This document shows, piece by piece, positions 57,592 to 64,000 of a stretch of 64,000 bases of DNA. The translations under genes were made by a program, and so were the position numbers. Every line of letters starts with the position of its first letter. Within the stretch, counting starts at the first letter, position 1. Source of the stretch: Candidatus Eiseniibacteriota bacterium (GTDB taxonomy: Bacteria > Eisenbacteria > RBG-16-71-46 > CAIMUX01 > VGJL01); assembly GCA_041946735.1 (NCBI GenBank), contig JBHGAY010000013.1, positions 32,001 through 96,000 on the forward strand, given 5' to 3'. The notes beneath the pieces are model-generated. The model was not told the DNA's origin. It ran no database searches and saw only the letters and a list, made by a program, of their open reading frames with translations.

Positions 57592-59486
57592 GGACGAGCC
57601 GGCTTCTCGCTCTGCTCCTCGCCGCGGCCTGTCTCGTCCCGACATCCGCGCGACGGGCGCAGGCCGGCGCCCTCGAGCCGTTCCTCGCCCGGCTCGCCGA
57701 GCGAGCGCGACGGGGCGGGCCCGCCGCCGCCCCCGCGCAGGGCCTGCAACCTGCACCCGCCGGGCGGCGCGCTCTCCTCGCCTGGGACGAGACGCAGGCG
57801 GCGCAAGGCCGCGCCCGGGCGCTCGTCACCGCCGCGCCCGGCGTCGACGCCGCCTCGCTGGAGCAGGCGGCGCGCGCGATCGACCCATCGCTCGTCTGGG
57901 AAGGCGCGAGCGGGAGCCTCGCGCAAGTCACCGCGTCGTTCGCGTCGCTCGCCCGGCTGGCCGCCATCCCCGGCGTCGCCTGCGTGGGCCGTCCTCCGCG
58001 GGCGATCCCCCTGGCCGAGGTGCAGAGCGAAGGGCTGGACAGCATGCGGGTGCCGGAGTTCCGCGCGACCGGCTACTCCGGGCGCGAGGCGCGCGTCGGC
58101 GTCATCGATCTCGGTTTCGCCGGCTACGAGTCGCTCCTCGGAACGGAGCTGCCGTTCGACGTCGTCGCCCGCTCCTTCTATCGCAGTCCGAGCGGGAATG
58201 GGGACATCACGGGGGACGGAGAGAATCACGGCACCGCCTGCGCGGAGCTCGTCGCCGACGTCGCGCCCGGCGCCCGCCTCTACCTCGCCAACGTCGAATC
58301 GCCCGTCGACCTCAAGGCGGCGGTCGACTGGATGATCGAGGAGAAGGTGTCGGTGATCAGCCACTCGGTCGGCTGGTACTTCGGGAGCATGGACGGCCGC
58401 GGCCCGATCAACGACGTCGCGGAATCGGCCGCGAAGGCGGGGATCGTGTGGGTGAACGCGGCCGGCAACGAGGCGGAGCGGCACACCTGGACGATAGCGG
58501 CCGATCAGGACGGCGACGGCGTCCTCGAGTTCGACGGCGCCGGCGACGAGACGCTCGACTTCTCGATCCGCTTCGACCATCCCGACCTGACGCTCGCGCT
58601 TCTCTGGGACCGCTGGCCGCTCTCGGGAGATCTCGGCCTGCAGATCGACATCGTGGACGCCGGCGGAACGGTCCTGGCCTCCTCCGATGCCGAGTTCGCC
58701 GGATACCCCTACGCCTTCCGCTACGTCTCGTGGAGGTCGGAGTCGCCGCCCCAGGCGGTGTACGCGCGGGTGCGCCGCGAGCGAGGGAGTCTCGAGGGCG
58801 TCACGATGCACGTCTTCCGGATCGGCAGCGGCACCCGGATGGACGAGCACATGCGGACCGACCGCAGCCTGCTCGTCCCCGCCGACACCCCCTCGGTGAT
58901 CGCGGTCGGCGCCGTCGACTGGAGGACCGAGTCGCTCGACTCCTACTCCAGCCGCGGAGCCGAAGACGCGGCGGAGCCGAAGCCCGAGATCGTCGCGCCG
59001 GTCGGCGTCTCGACGAAGACCTACGGACGGTCCGGATTCCGCGGCACCTCCGCCGCCGCGCCGCACGTCTCGGGCGCCGCGGCGCTCCTCGCCTCCTCCG
59101 GTCCGCACGGAGCCATGAACGACCTGCTCTGGGATCGCGAGGAGATCCGGCTGCTCCTGGCGCGGGCCGCCAAGCCGAGCGCGATCGTTCCGCTCCGCTG
59201 GGGGATCGTCCGGATGCCGGTGCCGGAGACGCTACGCTCGCCCGCGCGCGGGCCGGTCCTGTTCGCCAATCCGTTCGAGCGGGAGGCGCGGTGGCTCTCC
59301 CCCTGCGACGCCGTCGAGATCTATGACGTGCGCGGCCGGCGGGTCGCGCGCGCCGGCGCGCACGGCTGGGATGGCCGCAACGACGGCGGCGCTCCCCTTC
59401 CTCCCGGAATCTATTGGGCGCGCTGTCCCGAGAGCGGCGGCGTCACACGAATCGTCAAGCTGGGATCGGGCGGCGGCGCGCCGTAG
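57588..59486 (+). CDS. secreted S8 subtilase with shortened C-terminal FlgD-Ig/CTD-like domain
   Basis: VIDLGF, HGTACAE, NAAGN, GTSAAAPH; C-terminus NPF..IYDVRGRRV..WDGRNDGG..PGIY. Confidence 0.87.
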   Translation: MRTSRLLALLLAAACLVPTSARRAQAGALEPFLARLAERARRGGPAAAPAQGLQPAPAGRRALLAWDETQAAQGRARALVTAAPGVDAASLEQAARAIDPSLVWEGASGSLAQVTASFASLARLAAIPGVACVGRPPRAIPLAEVQSEGLDSMRVPEFRATGYSGREARVGVIDLGFAGYESLLGTELPFDVVARSFYRSPSGNGDITGDGENHGTACAELVADVAPGARLYLANVESPVDLKAAVDWMIEEKVSVISHSVGWYFGSMDGRGPINDVAESAAKAGIVWVNAAGNEAERHTWTIAADQDGDGVLEFDGAGDETLDFSIRFDHPDLTLALLWDRWPLSGDLGLQIDIVDAGGTVLASSDAEFAGYPYAFRYVSWRSESPPQAVYARVRRERGSLEGVTMHVFRIGSGTRMDEHMRTDRSLLVPADTPSVIAVGAVDWRTESLDSYSSRGAEDAAEPKPEIVAPVGVSTKTYGRSGFRGTSAAAPHVSGAAALLASSGPHGAMNDLLWDREEIRLLLARAAKPSAIVPLRWGIVRMPVPETLRSPARGPVLFANPFEREARWLSPCDAVEIYDVRGRRVARAGAHGWDGRNDGGAPLPPGIYWARCPESGGVTRIVKLGSGGGAP

Positions 59487-59545
59487 CGCGCGATTCGCCC
59501 CCCGGCTGCTTCGCCGCAGCCTTCGAGCAGAGGAGACGGCACACG

Positions 59546-60001
59546 ATGGACAAGGAACGGATCTACCGGGAGGCGCAGGAGGAGATCGCGCTCTTGATCG
59601 AAGGCGAAACCGATCCAGTGTCGCGCATGTCGACGATCTGCGCCGTGCTGAAGGAGAGGATCGTCTGGGCGTCGTGGGTCGGCTTCTACCGCGTCGTCGA
59701 GCCGCGCATGCTCGCCGTCGGTCCCTACGTCGGCGAGGTCGGATGCCTGCGGATCCCGTTCGACCAGGGCGTCTGCGGCGCCGCGGCTCGATCGCGGAAG
59801 GCGCAGATCGTCCCCGACGTCGACGCGTTCCCGGGCCACATCGCGTGCGACGCCGCCGCGCGCTCGGAGATCGTCCTGCCCGTCGTGGATCGCTCGGGCG
59901 CGCTGATCGCCGTCCTCGATCTCGATTCGCATCAGAGCGCCGCGTTCGACGAGCGCGACCAGGCGGGGCTCGAGCCGGTCGTCCGTCTCGCCGTCGTCTG
60001 A
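59546..60001 (+). CDS. msrC: GAF-domain protein, free methionine-R-sulfoxide reductase-like
   Basis: WVGFY, GPY.G..GC.RI, GVCG, DVDAFPGHIACD, SEIVLP, VLDLDS. Confidence 0.82.
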   Translation: MDKERIYREAQEEIALLIEGETDPVSRMSTICAVLKERIVWASWVGFYRVVEPRMLAVGPYVGEVGCLRIPFDQGVCGAAARSRKAQIVPDVDAFPGHIACDAAARSEIVLPVVDRSGALIAVLDLDSHQSAAFDERDQAGLEPVVRLAVV

Positions 60002-60257
60002 TCGCGCCACGACCGCACCGGCGGACACGCCATCGGTGCTGGTCCGCCCTCGACCCGGGCTTGTGCCGGCCGGCGAACCGCGCGTTCCGCGATCCGCCCG
60101 CAATTCACCCTATGCTGGAAGGGACAGGCCCGCCTTCCGCTGCGGGATTGTCGTTGCCCTGCCCGCCCGGGAGTGGATACAGTTCCTGTTCGCCCTTTTC
60201 GGAGGGACGGCGCGCCACGAGCGACCGCAGAGCGACCGCAGGAGGATCGCGAAGTTG

Positions 60258-61280
60258 ATGAAGGTTTTGGCGGACCGGATCCGGAGCAGCAAGCGGATCC
60301 TGATGTCCACGCACAAGGATCCGGACGGGGACGGAATCGGAGCGATGCTGGCCCTCTCCAAGGGGCTGCGGTCGGCGGGGAAGCAGGTGGAGCTGTACCT
60401 GCCCGATCCCTGCCCGCAACGGTTCCTCTTCCTCGACCCGGATCATCTGCTCCGCGACCTTCCCGAGGACGCGAAGCAGGCCCCCTGGACGGAGCCCGAT
60501 CTCGCCCTGATCATCGACACGCACCAGTGGTCGCTCCTCGGCCGCGTGGGCGAGCTGTTGCAGGAGGCCGGGACCCCCACCGTCTTCCTGGACCACCACC
60601 CGGTGCAGGGCGTGCCGCGGCCGGACGTCTTCGGCGACCCGAACTCCTCCTCGACCGGCGAGATCGTCTATCGCCTGATGCTCTTCTATCTCGATCTGCC
60701 GATCGACGCGGAGATCGGGGCGTGCCTCTACACGAGCATCGCCTACGACACGCACTCCTTCCGGTACGTGCGGAACTCGCCGTCGCCGCACCTGATCGCC
60801 GCCGACCTGCTCTCGCGCGGCGTCAACGCGACCGAGATCTATCGCCATCTCTTCGCGAGCAATCCGGCCGGAAAGATGCGCCTGCTCGGACAGATCCTCC
60901 GTGGGATCCAGATCGAGGCGGACGGCCGGCTCGCCTGGGCCGTGCTTCCCAACTCCTCGATCGTCGAACACGACTGCTGTCCGGACGATCTGCGCGACGC
61001 AGTCAACTACCTGCTCGAATTCGACGGCGTGGAGGTGGCGGTCCTGCTGAAGGAAGTCGAGAAGGGACTGGTCAAGGTGTCGCTGCGCTCGAAGGGGAAG
61101 ATCGAGGTCCACGAGGCGGCTGCCGCGCTGGGAGGAGGCGGGCATCCCTTCGCCGCCGGCGCCACGCTGGTCAGCGATCTCGATCGCGCGCGCGAGCGCG
61201 TCCTGACCGCGGTCCTCCCGGTCGTCCGCAACGGCCGGCCGAGCGGCGAGGAAGCGACCGTCCGGGCCCGGAACACGTAA
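60258..61280 (+). CDS. nrnA: DHH/DHHA1 oligoribonuclease/pAp phosphatase
   Basis: THKDPDGDGIG, LDHH, DT..FRY, VSLRSK, GGGHPFAAG. Confidence 0.88.
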   Translation: MKVLADRIRSSKRILMSTHKDPDGDGIGAMLALSKGLRSAGKQVELYLPDPCPQRFLFLDPDHLLRDLPEDAKQAPWTEPDLALIIDTHQWSLLGRVGELLQEAGTPTVFLDHHPVQGVPRPDVFGDPNSSSTGEIVYRLMLFYLDLPIDAEIGACLYTSIAYDTHSFRYVRNSPSPHLIAADLLSRGVNATEIYRHLFASNPAGKMRLLGQILRGIQIEADGRLAWAVLPNSSIVEHDCCPDDLRDAVNYLLEFDGVEVAVLLKEVEKGLVKVSLRSKGKIEVHEAAAALGGGGHPFAAGATLVSDLDRARERVLTAVLPVVRNGRPSGEEATVRARNT

Positions 61281-61354
61281 CGCGCAACACGCAAACGCGA
61301 CGCGAGCGCGCGGCACATACCGCGAGATCGCCCGAGGGGCGGGGAGCCGACGCG

Positions 61355-62650
61355 ATGGAACCGCTTTCCGAGGACCGTCTCATCTACGATTGGAATCACA
61401 AGGACGGCTTTTCCTTCCGCCATCGTCCCGGCCTGGAGCTGGACGACGAGACGCTTCGCGACGGGCTGCAGAGCCCCTCGATCACCGATCCGCCGGTCGA
61501 GAAGAAGCTCGAGATCCTCCACCTGATGGAGAGGCTCGGGATCCAGGGGGCCGATCTCGGGCTTCCCGGCGCCGGCCCGCGCGCGTTCGACGACGTCCTG
61601 ACGATGGCGCGCGAGATCGAGCGCCACCGGATGCGCATTCGTCCCAACTGCGCGGTGCGGACGGTGAAGGGGGACGTGCAAGCCCTCCTCGAGGTGTCGC
61701 AGCAGGCGGGATATCCGATCGAGGCGGCGATGTTCATCGGCTCCTCGCCGATCCGCCTCTACGCGGAGGGATGGACGCTCGACCACGTGCTGAAGCTGAC
61801 CGAGGAGGCGGTCACCTTCGCCGTCCAGGGAGGGATCCCGGTGATGTACGTCACCGAGGACACCACCCGCTCCGACGCCGACGCGATCCGCAAGCTCTTC
61901 ACGACCGCGATCGAGTGCGGGGCGCGTCGCGTCTGCGTGGCCGACACGGTCGGCTACGCGACGCCGGTCGGCGTGACCTATCTCATCCGCTTCGTGCGCG
62001 AGGTGGTCGACGCGACGGGCGAGGAGGTGAAGGTCGACTTCCACGGGCACAACGACCGCGGCTGCGCGATCCCCAACTCGATGGCGGCGATCGCGGCGGG
62101 CGCCGACCGTATCCACGCGACCGCGCTCGGCATCGGCGAGAGGGTCGGCAACACCTCGATGGATCATCTCCTCGTCAACCTCCGTCTCGAGGGGATCATC
62201 GACACCGATCTCACCTGCCTCCCCGAGTACTGCGAGAAGGTGAGCGGCGCCGTCGGCGTTCCGGTCCCGGTGAACTATCCGGTGATCGGCCGCGACGCCT
62301 ACCGCACGTCGACCGGCGTGCACGCCGCTGCGATCATCAAGGCGCACAACCGGGGGGCCGAGTGGCTCGCCGACCGCGTCTACGCCGGAACGCCGGCCGG
62401 GATGGTCGGCCGGCACCAGGAGATCGAGATCGGCTTCATGTCGGGGGTCTCCAACGTCGTCTACTGGCTGACGAAGCACGGCATCGACCCGGAGAAGGAC
62501 CTCGTCGACGAGATCCTTCGCTTCGCGAAGAAGCACACCCACGTGCTTTCGGACGACGACGTGATGGAGATCGTCAAGTTCCATCGCGCCCGCTCCCACG
62601 GCTTCCCGACGAACACGGTCGAGGAGTGGCGCAAGGAGATTCGTTCGTAG
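61355..62650 (+). CDS. DRE-TIM metallolyase (LeuA/homocitrate synthase family) without regulatory domain
   Basis: DETLRDGLQS, EDTTR, ADTVG, HGHNDRG, GIGERVGN, GVH. Confidence 0.85.
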   Translation: MEPLSEDRLIYDWNHKDGFSFRHRPGLELDDETLRDGLQSPSITDPPVEKKLEILHLMERLGIQGADLGLPGAGPRAFDDVLTMAREIERHRMRIRPNCAVRTVKGDVQALLEVSQQAGYPIEAAMFIGSSPIRLYAEGWTLDHVLKLTEEAVTFAVQGGIPVMYVTEDTTRSDADAIRKLFTTAIECGARRVCVADTVGYATPVGVTYLIRFVREVVDATGEEVKVDFHGHNDRGCAIPNSMAAIAAGADRIHATALGIGERVGNTSMDHLLVNLRLEGIIDTDLTCLPEYCEKVSGAVGVPVPVNYPVIGRDAYRTSTGVHAAAIIKAHNRGAEWLADRVYAGTPAGMVGRHQEIEIGFMSGVSNVVYWLTKHGIDPEKDLVDEILRFAKKHTHVLSDDDVMEIVKFHRARSHGFPTNTVEEWRKEIRS

Positions 62651-62729
62651 AGTCCCGCGAGGATAGTAGGGCCCGCGAGCGGCGCGGGCTCACGAAAGCA
62701 GACGAAACGCAGACCCAGAGGAGGTGCGG

Positions 62730-63899
62730 ATGGAGGAGCTGCTCACGCCGTTGAACCGCGAGTATCGTGCGCGGGCGCGCGAGGTCGCCGAGAAGGCGGT
62801 TCGCCCGGTGGCCGCGGAGTACGATCGCAAGCAGGAGTACCCGTGGGAGGTGCTGGAGGCGCTGAAGCGCGCGGAGCTGACCGGCGTCTGGATTCCCAAG
62901 GAGTACGGCGGGCACGGCGCGGGGCTCTTGAACCTCTGCATCGTCATCGAGGAGCTGTCGCGAGCGTGCGGCGGCGTCGGCGTCGCCTACGCGGTCAACG
63001 CTCTCGGCTCCTTCCCGATCCTGCTCGGCGGGACCGAGGAGCAGAAGAAGCGCTGGCTCCCGGGGATCGCGTCGGGCGAGAAGCTGATCTCTTTCGGATT
63101 GAGCGAGCGTGACGCCGGCTCCGACGCCGGGTCGCTGCAGTGCTCCGCGCGGCGCGAGGGAGAGGAGTTCGTCGTCAACGGCCACAAGAAGTGGAACACC
63201 AACGGCGGCGTCGCCAGCCTCTACACCGTCTACTGCCGCACCGACCCGGACTCGAAGGGACCGCGTGGCATCTCGGCGATCGTCGTCGAGAAGCCGACCC
63301 CCGGCTTCCGGATCGGCAAGGTCGAGGACAAGATGGGGATCCGCGCGGTGCCTGTGGTCGAGCTGGAGTTCGAGGAGTGCCGCGTGCCGGCCGAAAACCT
63401 GCTCGGAGGGCCGGAGGCGCTCGGCCGCGGCTTCCGCAGCGCGATGGCGACGCTCGATCGCGCCCGCCCCGGCGTCGCCGCGCAGGCGGTCGGCCTCGCT
63501 CAGGGGGCGCTCGAGCTGGCGGTCCACTACACGGCGAACCGCAAGCAGTTCGGCCAGTCGATCCTCTCGAACCAGGGGATCCAGTGGATGATCGCCGACA
63601 TGGGGACGCAGGTCGAGGCGGCCCGGCAGCTCGTCTACACGGCGGCGCGCGCGGTCGACGCGCAGATCGAGAACGTCAGCAAGCTCTCGGCGATGTGCAA
63701 GGTGTTCGCGACCGACACGGCGATGAAGGTGACGACCGATGCCGTGCAGCTCTACGGCGGCAACGGCTACATGAAGGACTATCCGATCGAGAAGTACATG
63801 CGCGACGCCAAGATCACGCAGATCTACGAAGGCACGAACCAGATCCAGCGGCTCGTGATCAGCCGCGCGATGATCAAGGAGTTCGGGGCGCAGGTGTAG
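62730..63899 (+). CDS. acyl-CoA dehydrogenase (short/branched-chain type)
   Basis: FGLSERDAGSD, NGHKKW, DKMGIR, RKQFG, QLYGGNGY, RDAKITQIYEGT; GAGGAGG SD. Confidence 0.93.
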   Translation: MEELLTPLNREYRARAREVAEKAVRPVAAEYDRKQEYPWEVLEALKRAELTGVWIPKEYGGHGAGLLNLCIVIEELSRACGGVGVAYAVNALGSFPILLGGTEEQKKRWLPGIASGEKLISFGLSERDAGSDAGSLQCSARREGEEFVVNGHKKWNTNGGVASLYTVYCRTDPDSKGPRGISAIVVEKPTPGFRIGKVEDKMGIRAVPVVELEFEECRVPAENLLGGPEALGRGFRSAMATLDRARPGVAAQAVGLAQGALELAVHYTANRKQFGQSILSNQGIQWMIADMGTQVEAARQLVYTAARAVDAQIENVSKLSAMCKVFATDTAMKVTTDAVQLYGGNGYMKDYPIEKYMRDAKITQIYEGTNQIQRLVISRAMIKEFGAQV

Positions 63900-64000
63900 G
63901 GGCGGAGGATGGATCGATATCCGGCGGCGAGCCGGAATCGGACAGAGCTCACGGGCGTGGAACGAGGCGCGGAAGGCCCACTTCCCCGCCTCGTCGCGCG

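Noticed and set aside
63909..64000. Possible CDS start MDRYPAASRN after a GGAGG
   Set aside because: Only 30 codons are visible with no recognisable motif, so it cannot be supported.

Overview
A very GC-rich bacterial chromosome segment that is densely coding, with about 50 genes. I saw no CRISPR array, transposase, integrase or prophage. Six secreted proteins (three S8 subtilases, an M23 peptidase, a triple-CHRD protein and an LVIVD/choice-of-anchor-B protein) end in the same FlgD-Ig/T9SS-CTD-like domain, which suggests an FCB-type diderm such as Eisenbacteria or Latescibacteria (inference). The core block is rpsU-mutS2-dnaG-rpoD-tRNA-Ile2-tRNA-Val-C4 zinc-ribbon gene-rnpB, followed by a GT-C glycosyltransferase and a peptidase/PD40/Omp85 operon. 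Other housekeeping genes include ABC-F (partial), a DEAD-box helicase, pabB-pabC, ppa, ltaE, icd, nrnA, a LeuA-like enzyme and two acyl-CoA dehydrogenases. Best candidates for undescribed biology: (1) a MacB/LolCDE-type ABC system in which one permease appears split into two complementary genes, with a lipocalin/AttH-like domain fused at the break; (2) a DUF4266-DUF3570...TlpA-ApbE flavinylation locus interrupted by a CHRD gene and pabB; (3) the metallopeptidase-propeller-Omp85 operon; (4) a CDS whose only ATG start lies inside RNase P RNA; (5) repeated tandem duplications anchored on stop codons. All family calls come from motif recognition by eye, not database searches. Most long ORFs in the supplied track are GC-driven shadow ORFs, and start codons were re-chosen by hand.
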